From: an uncultured delta proteobacterium
GTDB lineage: Bacteria > Desulfobacterota > Desulfomonilia > UBA1062
DNA: 64,000 bases
Assembly (NCBI GenBank): GCA_963785235.1
Contig: CAWAUM010000010.1
Coordinates: 160,001 to 224,000, forward strand
Direction: 5' to 3'
The notes under the pieces: generated by a model
Told to the model about the DNA's origin: nothing
Seen by the model: the letters and a program-made list of their open reading frames with translations, nothing else
Databases searched by the model: none
Position numbers and translations under genes: made by a program
Shown here: positions 51,997-62,924 of the stretch, in pieces
Layout: each line of letters starts with the position of its first letter
How positions within the stretch are numbered: position 1 is the stretch's first letter

Positions 51997-52345
51997 CTAT
52001 GACCTGAGAAACAGATTCCAGGATACGGGTGAATCCCTTGGGATCGGTGATGGCAAGATCCGCTAGAACCTTCCTGTCAAGCTCTACACTGGCCTTCTTC
52101 AGGGCATTGATGAACCTGGAATACGTAAATCCGCGCGCCCTGACGGCTGCGCTGATTCGTGCAATCCACAGGCGTCTGAATTCCCTCTTGCGTTGGCGCC
52201 TGTCACGGTACGCATATGCAAGTCCTTTGTTGGCCGATTCCTGGGCTACCCTGACAAGGTTTCTTCTCCCACCGAAGTAGCCCTTGGTGAGCTTGTGAAC
52301 CCTGACTCTCTTTCTCTTTCCTACAACACCACGTTTTACTCGCAT
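51997..52345 (-). CDS. rplT: 50S ribosomal protein L20
   Basis: MRVKRG, YAYRDRRQRKREFRRLWIARI, LDRKVLADLA. The likely true stop is TAG at 51999-51997 (one extra base); as sequenced the frame reads on to 51935. Confidence 0.95.
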
Positions 52346-52359
52346 GTCCCTTACACCTC

Positions 52360-52554
52360 TTACAGATACGGCAGCTGCTGCCTCACGCCGGCCACATTCG
52401 CAGAATGCACAAGTCCGGACTTCCGGAGATTCCTCTTCTGCTTGGTTGACTTACAGGAAAGGAGGTGCCTTTTATAGGCCTTGTTCCTCTTTATCTTCCC
52501 TGTGCCGGTCACTGAGAACCGCTTTGCTGCACTCCGATTTGTTTTCAGTTTCAT
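52360..52554 (-). CDS. rpmI: 50S ribosomal protein L35
   Basis: [12 protein letters not shown]...HLL...KQKRNLR. Confidence 0.96.
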   Translation of the reverse strand: MKLKTNRSAAKRFSVTGTGKIKRNKAYKRHLLSCKSTKQKRNLRKSGLVHSANVAGVRQQLPYL

Positions 52555-52570
52555 CTTCCACTCCTCATAT

Positions 52571-53108
52571 CTACTTCGGGGCCAGCATCATCACCATGGT
52601 CCGGCCTTCCGAGCGCGGCTCGCGTCTCGACAATGGCCTTATCCGCCAGATCGTCCCGCACCCTGATAAGCATCTCGAGTCCTTTGTCCATGTGTATGAT
52701 CTCTCTGCCCCTGAACCGCATCACCACTTTTACCTTATTCTTTTCCTCCAGGAACCGCAGGATATGCTTTACCTTAAACAGGTAGTCATGCTCGTCGGTC
52801 TTGGGCCGGAACTTTATCTCCTTGATAACGATGACCGTCTGCTTCTTCCTGGCAACAGCCTCACGTTTCGACTGCTCGTACTTAAATTTGCCGTATTCCA
52901 TGATACGGCAAACAGGGGGCGTTGCAGTGGGTGCCACCTCAACGAGATCCATGCCCTGTTCCTGAGCAGCTTGAAGGGCCGCAGGTACGGTCATGATTCC
53001 CAGTTGCTGTCCATCAGCAGAGATAATCCTGACACTATCAGCAACGATTCGCTCGTTAACCCTTATCCTGTCCTTCTCGTTCGGTCTGAAAAAGCCGTTC
53101 CTAGCTAT
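52571..53108 (-). CDS. infC: Translation initiation factor IF-3 (ATA start; indel near the 3' end)
   Basis: RVNERI...[36 protein letters not shown]; RBS GGAGGG before in-frame ATA at 53108. Confidence 0.93.
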
Positions 53109-53173
53109 GCGACCCTCCAGAAAATTTAGTTTAAGCGCTTTTCTAACCTAGCATGTATTTGTTGTCAATACGT

Positions 53174-55062
53174 TTAGATAACAGGGTCAAAGGACTTTAC
53201 CAAAGAGATGAACTCATCGAGGGTAATTGTCTTCTGCTCGCCGGAGCGGTCCCGGATGTTTACGGTGCCATCAGCCACTTCGCGGTCGCCCACGATGACC
53301 ATGTAGGGGACCTTCTGGAGGCGCGCCTCGCGTATCTTGAAGCCGATCTTCTCGTTGCGGAGATCAAGCTCTGTCCTGATATCCTTATTCTTCAGGATAT
53401 CGGCGATTCCAGCGGCATAGTCGGCCTGTGCATCGGTGATGTTCATGACAACGGCCTGCACAGGCGACAGCCACACCGGGAAAGCGCCTGCAAAGTGCTC
53501 GATGAGCACGCCGATGAACCGCTCGATGGAGCCCAGGATAACCCGGTGGAGCATGACGGGCCGGTGCTTCTCGCCGTCCGAGCCGATATAGTGCGTGTCG
53601 AAACGCTCGGGCAGGTTGAAGTCGCACTGGATGGTGGCGCACTGCCATTGGCGGCCGATGGCGTCCTTGATCTTCACATCGATCTTGGGGCCGTAGAACG
53701 CCCCGTCCCCTTCATTGATGTCGTACGCAAGGCCCTTCTTGTTCAGCGAATCGATGAGCGCCTTTGTGGCCATCTCCCACATTTCGTCGCTGCCCATTGA
53801 TTTCTCAGGCTTGGTGCTGATCTCCATGGTGTATTCGAAACCGAAAACGGCCATCACCTCTTCGACCATGTCCATGATCGAGGTGATCTCATCGATGAGC
53901 TGGTCAGGCCGGCAGAAGATGTGCGCATCGTCCTGGGTGAACTGGCGCGTGCGGAGCAGGCCGTGGATGACGCCGGACTTCTCATGCCTGGTGACATTGC
54001 CCAGCTCGAAATAGCGCAGAGGCAGGTCGCGGTAGCTCCTCACCTTGGATTTATAGATCATGATGTGGGACAGGCAGTTCATGGGCTTGATGCCGTAGAG
54101 CTGGCCGTCCACCTCGGTGAAATACATATTCTCTTTATAATTGTCCATGTGGCCTGAGGTTTCCCACATCTTGCCCCGCAGGATGGCCGGGCCGTAGACG
54201 ATGTCGTAGCCCTTCCTGAAATGGATCTTCTTTTCGAAATCTCTCGAGCAGGCTCCTGAGCCTGCCGCCCTTGGGCATATAGATGACCATGCCCGGGCCC
54301 ACGTCGTCCGAGAACATGAACAGCTCGAGCTCCTTGCCGAGCTTGCGGTGGTCGCGCTTCTTGGCCTCTTCCAGAAAGTTCAGGTACTCTTTGAGCTCCT
54401 TCTCGGAGGCGAAGGCAGTACCGTAGATCCGCTGGAGCATCTTGTTCTTCTCGTCGCCGCGCCAGTAGGCGCCTGCAACGGACAGCAGCTTGAAGGCCTT
54501 GAGGAAACCGGCCGACGGCACATGCGGGCCCCTGCAAAGATCCGTAAAGGTGCCCTGCTCGTAGAGCGAGACCATGCTCACGTCATCGCCCAGATCATCG
54601 ATGATCTCCACCTTATAGGGCTCGCCCTTTTCTTCGAAGAAGGCCTTCGCCTCCTTTTTGGGCAGTTCCCTGCGGAGGAAAGGGGTGTCCTGCTTCACGA
54701 GCTCTGCCATCTTCTCTTCGATCTTTGCAAGGTCTTCGGATGAGAAGGGCGTCGCTGCGGTCGAAATCGTAATAGAAACCTTCTTCCGTGGACGGGCCGA
54801 TGGTGGGCCTGGCATCAGGGAAAAGGAGTTTCACCGCCTCTGCCATGACATGGGCCGTGGAATGACGCACAATCCCTACACCTTCTTTTGATTCCGCAAG
54901 GACGGTCTCTATTGTCTGACCATCTTTCAAACCGGTGGCGAGATCCACCAGGACCCCGTCCACACGCGCTGCAATCACGCGCTTGTCTTTGATAAGCTCC
55001 CGGACAACTGATGCCTCGCTCGTTCTGGCCTTGCCGTCAACGGTAACGGTGATTTCGGGCAT
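53174..55062 (-). CDS. thrS: Threonine-tRNA ligase (split by indels)
   Basis: [57 protein letters not shown]. Confidence 0.96.
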
Positions 55063-55461
55063 ATCGACTCCCATGAAAGAATGGTAGACGCATATGGATA
55101 GGAAATTTGCGTTCTACCTTATTATTTTCAACGAGTTACTCCCATACAATGGCTGTAAGACGTCAGCTAGGAGGAATAACAAATATGGGAATGGATGTAA
55201 AGGGAAAGGTTGTTAATAAGAATAGATGGCCCGCATATTCATTTTCCACAGGTCTAATCCCACAGATACATTCGGGGCAAGGCCATCGAACTATAGAATT
55301 TCAGTTCCTTCGTTCAATATTTTTATTGGATCCCTTATGTGCCCAGAACTCTACTATCTTCTATCTGGGCTAATCATAATGAATGGTATGGAATCTTCGA
55401 CTGACAAAGAGGTTCACCACATTGTCTGGTTCGAGAAGCTCATCAAGAAGTCTATCTGTGT

Positions 55462-56196
55462 CTAGGTAAATCGGGCGTCATGGTCGGAATGTTTCTCTCC
55501 AAATGGGGAGGGGCGACGGGCGACATCCGCAAGATACACGAGAGAGAGGTAGTAAATGATAAGCTCCCGAAACTCGGAGATGTTTGATCGGAGTACCCCT
55601 GAGGTGTTGAAGCCGGAGTGGTTGAGGTAGACGGCCAATTTCGATAGGACAACCATTATAACGAGGGTGGCGATCGCCCAGCAGCTTGGCGCTAGGTACC
55701 GAAGGTAGGAGTTGCGCATGCGGATAGCGGCGATGGGCATCACAAGGAAAAGAAGAACCAACCCGAGGTCCACGCCAAGCTTGATTAGTTTATTGTTTCT
55801 TCCGATGTTGTGGATATTGCGGACCTGTGCCTGGTTTTCCGTTGGAATTCCATTAAGGATCTCCCAGAGATGTAACCCGTAGTCGATTTCCTCAAGGAAG
55901 ACGAATAAGGCCATCACGGCGATGATCACGAAGGCGGTCCGATCGACACGCGAAGGCTTGCGGAAAGCTGTCCTGGCTGAGATCACGAACATCCCGATGA
56001 GTAGGACGTTCTGGAGATTTTCAAGAGCACCGAATTCCCGGTTGAACGAGGGTGCCACAAAACCCTGAACTATGCTGTTTCCTGAGAAGAACAACAGGAT
56101 CAACCCACCGCAGATGCTGAAAGGCACTGCGACGTAGACGAGAAAACTTCGTGACCAGGATAATATGATTTCCCCTCCCTTTCGTTTTTCCGGCAC
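55462..56196 (-). CDS. Multi-pass membrane protein of unknown function
   Basis: Several hydrophobic helices; REFGALENLQ, FLEEIDYG, NIHN motifs. The true start may be ATG 56254 with an indel. Confidence 0.7.
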   Translation of the reverse strand: MPEKRKGGEIILSWSRSFLVYVAVPFSICGGLILLFFSGNSIVQGFVAPSFNREFGALENLQNVLLIGMFVISARTAFRKPSRVDRTAFVIIAVMALFVFLEEIDYGLHLWEILNGIPTENQAQVRNIHNIGRNNKLIKLGVDLGLVLLFLVMPIAAIRMRNSYLRYLAPSCWAIATLVIMVVLSKLAVYLNHSGFNTSGVLRSNISEFRELIIYYLSLVYLADVARRPSPFGEKHSDHDARFT

Positions 56197-56722
56197 GACA
56201 AGGAACTAGGCATGAAACAAGGATAATCGCAACATTCCTTTGTGCCAGTAGCATTACCTTCCCTATGGTTAAATCTCCAACCTGTTGCTAGGTTGGCAGT
56301 GACTATAACCTATGTACTACAAGTATTAAAGGCTTCACCGTTATTATTCAAGAAAATATCGCCATCAATATAGCGACCTCCTCAATGTCTGTATCAGTGA
56401 TAAACAGGAGAATCATTGTAAGTGTGCATTGTGGAGATTGAAGATCTCTGCGATAAATGAATTCTTTTTAAATGCTAGATATCCGATGATTATAAAATAT
56501 CATCTGTGATTAAACAAGGCTAGCTCTGAGTGTCAAGCATGGCACATTATTTATTGTTTTGAAGATCCCAACTCAGTTTGTTGCCTGGAGCTAAGTCTAT
56601 ACTCTTATAAAAATATAAACTGTTAAAATTTCTTTAGATGTGGCCTGGTTAGTAGTCTTTCCTTGATTTTCGCACGATATATTTTTATTCTGGGACTATC
56701 CAGTCTTGATGAGGATAATCAT

Positions 56723-57664
56723 GTGGGTAAATCTCTGATTTGTACGCTATTGATAATGCTTGCCATGTCCTTTGGAGGTTGTGCGCCCGTGGATCTATAT
56801 CGCTCCCACCTGCTCTTTCAAGAGGGTTCATACAATTCGGGCGTATCCATAACCTGGCTTGGCACTGCCGGGGTGCTGATATCGGACGGACAGACAGGCA
56901 TTCTGATCGACCCCTATGTCAGTCGGTTCAGTTTATCCAAGGTGGTCCTGGGCGCGGCATTGCGTCCGGACCAGGACCTGATCCGGCAGTGGGTCAAGCG
57001 CTTGGGGGCTGCCAATATAAATGCCGTGATAGTCAGCCATTCCCACTTCGACCACTCCCTCGATGCGCCTTATTTCGCCATGGAAACAGGCGCACCGCTT
57101 CTGGGATCGGAGAGCACGCTCAATATAGGGAGGGGGGCAGGTCTGCCGGAAACACAACTCATGGTAGTTCAGCCAGGCCGGGTTATCAGCGTGGGCAATT
57201 TTTCCCTCAACGTTATTGAAAGCAGGCATGGGCCGGCCCTGTTCGGACGGGTGCCATACCCTGGGACAATAGACCATCCGCTAACCCCCCCGCGGCCTGC
57301 CCGTGACTATAAGCTGGGCATCACCTATGCAATCCTGATCAAACACCCGTGCGGCACTATCCTGCACCACGGGAGTGCCGGATTCCTTCCGGGCATGTAT
57401 GCGGGGATAAAGGCGGATGTAGTACTCCTGGGCATCGCCGGACGAGGTGATACCCAAGCCTACCTATCGGAGGTTCCACTCAAGGTCAAGTCCCGGGTAG
57501 TGATCCCTATCCACTTTGATGATTTCTTCAAACCTCTGGAAGAGGGATTGTCATTCCTGTATACTGGACAATTTGCAGAGTTCTGCGCCACGTCTGATAA
57601 ATCATCCTTTGCGATCAAGACCGCCCCGCTCGGCAGACAGGTACGGATACTTCCACTAAACTGA
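56723..57664 (+). CDS. MBL-fold metallo-hydrolase, probable lipoprotein
   Basis: WLGTAG, ILIDPY, SHSHFDH, PIHFDDF; lipobox-like FGGC. Confidence 0.88.
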   Translation: MGKSLICTLLIMLAMSFGGCAPVDLYRSHLLFQEGSYNSGVSITWLGTAGVLISDGQTGILIDPYVSRFSLSKVVLGAALRPDQDLIRQWVKRLGAANINAVIVSHSHFDHSLDAPYFAMETGAPLLGSESTLNIGRGAGLPETQLMVVQPGRVISVGNFSLNVIESRHGPALFGRVPYPGTIDHPLTPPRPARDYKLGITYAILIKHPCGTILHHGSAGFLPGMYAGIKADVVLLGIAGRGDTQAYLSEVPLKVKSRVVIPIHFDDFFKPLEEGLSFLYTGQFAEFCATSDKSSFAIKTAPLGRQVRILPLN

Positions 57665-57799
57665 TCTACGGAATGTATTGCAGGAAACACGGGAACGGGT
57701 CAAACCAAGGAAGCCTTGATCAGGCGTACTTTGCCAAATGTCCCTGCCAAAAAGAACCCAAGGGGACACCCTGAAAAATGCCATGCCGGCAGTGGGCTG

Positions 57800-58885
57800 C
57801 TATGCCTTCCTTGCCTTCAGGTATTCCCCCACCCGGTTCAGGCCTTCCTCGATCTTGTCCACATCGAGTGCATAGGAGAAGCGCACACGGTCGGGCGCGC
57901 CGAACCACTCGCCGAGATAGGTGATGACCTTGTGGTCATGGAACATATCCCATACGAAGTCCTTAGGATTATCGATCTTGGGGAGTACGTAAAAGGCCCC
58001 TTCCGGCTTCCAGAGATCGAGCCCGAGCTCGACCATGCCCTTGTAGATCATGTCTCTGCGCGATTCCCAAATCCTGAGCTGATCGTCGACATAGCTTTTG
58101 GGCACCGTGGTGGCGGTATAGGCCATTTCCTGGGCAATGATGCTCGTGTTCATGGAGGTATGGGACTTCATCTCGATGACCATCTTCACCAGCTCCTGGT
58201 CAAGGGACCAGAGATACCCCACCCGTAGGCCCGTCATGGCAAAGGTCTTTGAAAATGAATTGATGGTGACCACATGGGGGCCCTTGATCAGATAGTTTTC
58301 CCGCACATAGATCAGGTCCTTGTAGACCTCGTCGGACAGGACATAGACGCCGTATTCCTCCGCGATCTTTTCGATCTTCTTGAGGGTCTCGATGGCCTCG
58401 ACCCTGCCTGTGGGGTTCGACGGCGAGTTGATGAGCACGGCCTTGCAGTCCTTGATCTTCCTCTCGAAGTCCTCGTACACGACCCTGCCATCCTTGAGGT
58501 CAGTGAAAACAGGTTCGAACCCTGCATATTCCACCAGGGGCAGGTAGGAATAATAATAGGGACGGCACAGCAGGCATTTCGGCTTGCCGCCCCCCTTCTT
58601 CTTCTGGATCCATGCAATGGCCCTCAGCGCCAGATCAAGGGCTTCGGAGGCGCCGTTGGTAATGACGAAGCTGTCTGCCGTGGAGCGCGGATACTGCTTT
58701 GCCAGGGCATCCCTCAGGTTTTCCTGGCCCTGGATGAGTCCATACTTGAAGCCGTTGTAATCCGGCAGGATATCGTACACCTCTTGCGGCGGCGGCAGGT
58801 CAGGCTGGCCCGAACCGAACGAGATGATTCCCTCGCCCCGAACGCCGATGAACATCGCTGCAGTCAGATCCCTATTCCCACTCAT
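57800..58885 (-). CDS. PLP-dependent aminotransferase class I/II
   Basis: GQPD, TNGASEA, NSPSNPTG, SDEVY, SFSKTFAMTGLRVGY, PEGAFY. Confidence 0.93.
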   Translation of the reverse strand: MSGNRDLTAAMFIGVRGEGIISFGSGQPDLPPPQEVYDILPDYNGFKYGLIQGQENLRDALAKQYPRSTADSFVITNGASEALDLALRAIAWIQKKKGGGKPKCLLCRPYYYSYLPLVEYAGFEPVFTDLKDGRVVYEDFERKIKDCKAVLINSPSNPTGRVEAIETLKKIEKIAEEYGVYVLSDEVYKDLIYVRENYLIKGPHVVTINSFSKTFAMTGLRVGYLWSLDQELVKMVIEMKSHTSMNTSIIAQEMAYTATTVPKSYVDDQLRIWESRRDMIYKGMVELGLDLWKPEGAFYVLPKIDNPKDFVWDMFHDHKVITYLGEWFGAPDRVRFSYALDVDKIEEGLNRVGEYLKARKA

Positions 58886-59031
58886 CCGTTTCCCTCCTGT
58901 AAATACCCAAGGTATCCCCCCGATTCATTCCACATTGAATCATGATTTAAGGCTAACCGGGACGTACGTCAATACTTTCAATAACTCCTTTGGATATGGA
59001 GGAAGGAATTCCGGGCTTGCTCTTGTGAAAA

Positions 59032-59106
59032 TGGTAGGCACGCGCGGATTTGAACCGCGGACCCCCACCGTGTCAAGGTGGTGCTCTCCCCCTGAGCTAC
59101 GTGCCT
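59032..59106 (-). tRNA. tRNA-Val(GAC)
   Basis: AGGCACGTAGCTCAGGGGGAGAGCACCACCTTGACACGGTGGGGGTCCGCGGTTCAAATCCGCGCGTGCCTACCA; cloverleaf, anticodon GAC, encoded CCA. Confidence 0.97.
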
Positions 59107-59333
59107 GTGTCAGGTGTTCTCGATATCCTGTATCTCTGCTGCTTGTCAACTGTTTTTCACCATGAAAATGGCCTGCCAGGGCTCTTATGGCCTGTGATTG
59201 GAATGTTCTTCAACTGCCCTGTTACCTATGATTATCTCAAGCAGAGTATATCCTTGTGGTCCACGGGTTTGCTTCCCCCATCATCATATGATAGACATGG
59301 CGGACATTGAAGAAATGCGAAAGGCTTGTGACT

Positions 59334-59915
59334 ATGAATATCACCCCATCCGAGATCGCCTTTGACTTTGACGGCGTAGTGGCCGACACCTTCAGGTTCT
59401 TTATTAAGCTTGCCAGGGAAAGCTACCATTATGACATCAACTATGACGACATCACGGATTACCTTTTCCTGAACTCCGTGGCCATGGACAAAAAGCACGC
59501 CATGGAGATCATTGACATCCTCACCAATGATCTCCATGAAATCGACATCCGGCCCAATGAAGGTGCCGGTGTTGTGCTGGGGCGTTTCACTGCCGTTGCC
59601 CCCCTGCTCGTTGTTACCGCAAGACCCTATGCCGAACCTGTAGAACTCTGGTTTGCCAGGCATATACCCACGGTCTTACCCGGGTGCCTGCGTATAGAGG
59701 CGACGGGCGCGAGTACTGCAAAGCTCGAGGTCCTTCAGAAAAATAATATCAGATATTTCATCGACGACCGCCTGGACACCTGCCATATACTCCAGGAGGC
59801 AGGTATCACGCCCATCGTCTACAACCAGCCATGGAACCGTCATCCCCACCCTTTCCTGACCGTAAATAATTGGGAAGAGATTGAATCCATCATGAACATG
59901 GAAACGGATTCATGA
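59334..59915 (+). CDS. HAD-superfamily 5'(3')-nucleotidase-like protein
   Basis: FDFDGVVADT, VTAR, FIDD, QPWN. Confidence 0.85.
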   Translation: MNITPSEIAFDFDGVVADTFRFFIKLARESYHYDINYDDITDYLFLNSVAMDKKHAMEIIDILTNDLHEIDIRPNEGAGVVLGRFTAVAPLLVVTARPYAEPVELWFARHIPTVLPGCLRIEATGASTAKLEVLQKNNIRYFIDDRLDTCHILQEAGITPIVYNQPWNRHPHPFLTVNNWEEIESIMNMETDS

Positions 59916-59982
59916 TGTTAAACAGCTTCTGGAAAAACAGTGTGTTCCGTGGTAGTGTACTCGTGGTCTCACAGGAACAGCC

Positions 59983-60546
59983 ATGAAGAAGGACTGGAAC
60001 TATCTCTATTCCAAGACCGTGTTCAAGAACCGGCTTGTGAACGTCCGCCAGGACAAATACCACTTCCTGCCCAATGACATCATCAAGGACTTCACTGTCT
60101 TCGAGCTGGAAGACTGGGTGAACATCATCCCCATCACCGATGACGGTTACGTGGTGACGATCCGGCAGTATCGCCACGGGGTCAGGAGAGACACCCTGGA
60201 GATACCGGGCGGCCTCATTTCCGAAACTGATTCGAGCCCCATGGAGGCTGCGGTGCGCGAGATGACCGAAGAGACCGGGTACATCAGTACCGATGTGGTG
60301 CACATCGGTACGGTGGAACCGAATCCGGCGCTGCAGACCAACCGGTGCTTTTCATACCTGGCCAGGAACTGTTACCTTGCATCAGGCCAGATGCTGGATC
60401 CCACGGAAGCCATCCAGGTGGAACTGAATAAAAAGGAAGATATCTACAAGATGATCCAGGGACAGAAAATCACGCATGGCCTTGTGGTAGCGGCCTTTGC
60501 GCACCTGCTCATCTATGAAATGGACCGGGGCAAATCGAAGATCTGA
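59983..60546 (+). CDS. NUDIX hydrolase (ADP-ribose pyrophosphatase-like)
   Basis: RQYRHG, EIPGG...AAVREMTEETGY Nudix box. Confidence 0.92.
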   Translation: MKKDWNYLYSKTVFKNRLVNVRQDKYHFLPNDIIKDFTVFELEDWVNIIPITDDGYVVTIRQYRHGVRRDTLEIPGGLISETDSSPMEAAVREMTEETGYISTDVVHIGTVEPNPALQTNRCFSYLARNCYLASGQMLDPTEAIQVELNKKEDIYKMIQGQKITHGLVVAAFAHLLIYEMDRGKSKI

Positions 60547-60570
60547 TTCTCTTGCACCTGATCAGATTGT

Positions 60571-60848
60571 TTAAATCCGGATTTCGCGTTTGGATGTACC
60601 CATAATTTCTTCATGCCTCTATGGCCTTAAGCACAGCACTCATAGTAAGCATGGAACTGTTCTTTAAATAGGTCCGTTAAAAACATGCATCTTGCAGCTT
60701 TCAGGTCCGACAGAATAAGCATAGAGCAAAGGCTGCAAGATGCATGTTTTGAACGGATCAGGTTTCTACACCTCTTAACCGCTAAATCCGGGTTAAATTG
60801 AACCGTTCAAATCGATGAGTTCCACCGGAACTCATCGATTTGAACGGT
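60571..60848. repeat. Cluster of inverted repeats between convergent genes
   Basis: ~29-bp IR at 60673-60701/60728-60757; perfect 22-bp IR at 60802-60848; outer AAATCCGGATTT and AAATCCGGGTTAA motifs. Confidence 0.85.
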
Positions 60849-60905
60849 CTTAGTAAAAGACTCCTACCTAACTCCCATACCGAGAAGATAGCAACTAACA
60901 GTGCA

Positions 60906-62924
60906 TCACTTCTGGTACATCTTCTCGATCCTGTCCTTGTATTTGTCCAGCACCACCTTGCGCTTCACCTTCATGGTGGGCGTCAGTTCACCTGTTGCCT
61001 CGCTGAAAGTGGCATCCAGCACCTCGAAATACTTGACCTGCTGGTAGTGGGCCAGGGTCTTGTTCACCGCATCCACCTCGGCCCTGATGAGGGATTGTAT
61101 CTCCGGACTGCTCACCAGGGCGGTGTTGTCGGCAAAGGCGATGCCCGTTTTCCTGGCATAGCTCGACAGGCTCTTGAAATCGGGCACGATGAGCGCCGTG
61201 AGGTATTTCCTGCCGTCACCCACAAGGCAGGCCTGTTCGATGAACGACCTTGCCTGGAGCGCTACCTCGATGGGGTGAGGTGCGATATTCTTGCCTCCCG
61301 AACTCACGAACAGGTCCTTTTTGCGGTCCGTAATGAGCAGGAATCCTTCGCTGTCAAAGTGTCCGATGTCACCGGTCATGAAGAAGCCGTCTTCGGTGAA
61401 GGCTGCCTTGGTGGCCTCAGGCATCTTCCAGTATTCCCTGAACACCTGGGGCCCCTTTACCAGGATCTCGCCGTCGCCAGCGATCTTTTCCTCGGTCAAG
61501 GCCACCGGCCTTCCCACGGTGCCCGGCTTCACCCTGAGCTTGTAAACAATTGTGGAGTAGCAGACCCCGAGCTTGGCTGCAGATACAGGATTTGCATAGG
61601 GAGAAATTCCTTGAGATTGCTTGACCACCAGGAGGTCCAGCACCATATCCATGATCTTATCAAAGAACCACTGATAGAGCTTTCCATGCTGGACAGAGTC
61701 CATGATCTCGGGTTCGTTGAAATTGATCACCGGGCTTGTCTCGGTGAGCCCGTACCCCTCATTGAGCTGGATGTTCAGGGACCGGAAGAATACACACACC
61801 TCTTTCGAGAGCTTGCCCCCTCCTGAAATCGCAACGACAAGCCTGTCCATGCCCATCATCTTTTTCATCCTATCAAACACAAGCATGTTGGCGATCCCAA
61901 AGCCCATGAGGTCCACCTGGGATATCCTTTTCCCGCTTGCCATGGCATCGGTGTATATCTCACCCTTACCCAGTGCCCATCTGAAAATTTTCCGATAGAC
62001 CGGTTTCTGCTTGGCTATGATTGCGTTGATGGTCTCATAGGTCTTCTCATAAAACATGGGGATGGACGAGATGATATTCGGCCTCACCTCCAGCAGGTTC
62101 TGGGCTATTGCCTGATAACCCTCTGCAAAGGCCAGGGTGCCCCCCAGGTAGAGCCCTGTCAAATGGTAATCACTCGAGCGGCCCATGACGTGGCATAAAG
62201 GCAGATGCACCAAGGCCGTAAGATGGACATCCTTTTTCTTCATGCGCACCATAAGCTCGGACCCGGATGCCTGATGGATGTTGGAAACGAAATTCGAATG
62301 GGTAAGCACGACCCCTTTGGATCTGCCGGTGGTGCCCGAGGTATAGATGATGGCGGCAATCGTCTCGGGTGTGACGGATTTTATGCGTGATTCTATCTCT
62401 TCTTCCGCCACCTTTTCCCTGCCCAGTTTCATGATGTCCATGAAGCTGTAGAGATTTTCCTGCGGGGCCCCGACACATTCCTCCATGGAGATTACCGGCA
62501 TGGACTTGAGGGCTTCATGGGCATCCCTGAGACTGAGGAACTCATCGGCCTTGGTACGGTTGGATACGATAGCCATCTTTGATTCGCTGTCTATGACCAT
62601 GAACAAGAGGTCATCCCTGCTCAGGGTGGGATAGAGGGGGACCCCGGTCGCTCCGCACGCCTGGATGGCCTGGTCTGCAATGATCCATTCGGGCCTGCTC
62701 TCTGCAAAGATAACGCAGTGGTCACCCTTGTTCAGGCCCAGCAAGGCAAGCCCCCTGGCCAGGTCCAAGGCCTGCCTCCTGGCCTGCCTCCATGTTGTCT
62801 TTCTGAAGGTGGTGATGGGTTTGCCGTATTCGTCGAATTTTCCCATGAGGAAGACATGGTCTTCACCAAGCTTCAATGCCTGGTTGTGAAACAGCCCGCA
62901 AAGTGTATCATCCCGGTATGACAT
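60906..62924 (-). CDS. Long-chain fatty acid-CoA ligase (AMP-forming)
   Basis: IIYTSGTTGRSKG, LPLCHV, EGYGLTETSP, TGDIG, TDRKKDL, ELTPTMKVKR. Confidence 0.93.
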   Translation of the reverse strand: MSYRDDTLCGLFHNQALKLGEDHVFLMGKFDEYGKPITTFRKTTWRQARRQALDLARGLALLGLNKGDHCVIFAESRPEWIIADQAIQACGATGVPLYPTLSRDDLLFMVIDSESKMAIVSNRTKADEFLSLRDAHEALKSMPVISMEECVGAPQENLYSFMDIMKLGREKVAEEEIESRIKSVTPETIAAIIYTSGTTGRSKGVVLTHSNFVSNIHQASGSELMVRMKKKDVHLTALVHLPLCHVMGRSSDYHLTGLYLGGTLAFAEGYQAIAQNLLEVRPNIISSIPMFYEKTYETINAIIAKQKPVYRKIFRWALGKGEIYTDAMASGKRISQVDLMGFGIANMLVFDRMKKMMGMDRLVVAISGGGKLSKEVCVFFRSLNIQLNEGYGLTETSPVINFNEPEIMDSVQHGKLYQWFFDKIMDMVLDLLVVKQSQGISPYANPVSAAKLGVCYSTIVYKLRVKPGTVGRPVALTEEKIAGDGEILVKGPQVFREYWKMPEATKAAFTEDGFFMTGDIGHFDSEGFLLITDRKKDLFVSSGGKNIAPHPIEVALQARSFIEQACLVGDGRKYLTALIVPDFKSLSSYARKTGIAFADNTALVSSPEIQSLIRAEVDAVNKTLAHYQQVKYFEVLDATFSEATGELTPTMKVKRKVVLDKYKDRIEKMYQK

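Noticed and set aside
21980-55062. Many frameshifts, read as mass pseudogenisation or programmed frameshifting
   Set aside because: They also break essential genes (thrS, infC, rplT stop), cluster in patches, and the stitched proteins keep their conserved motifs. This is best explained by long-read indel error; read polishing would confirm.
55090-55460. AT-rich gap upstream of thrS as a T-box, thrS operator or leader peptide
   Set aside because: No T-box motif, terminator or Thr-codon run found by eye.
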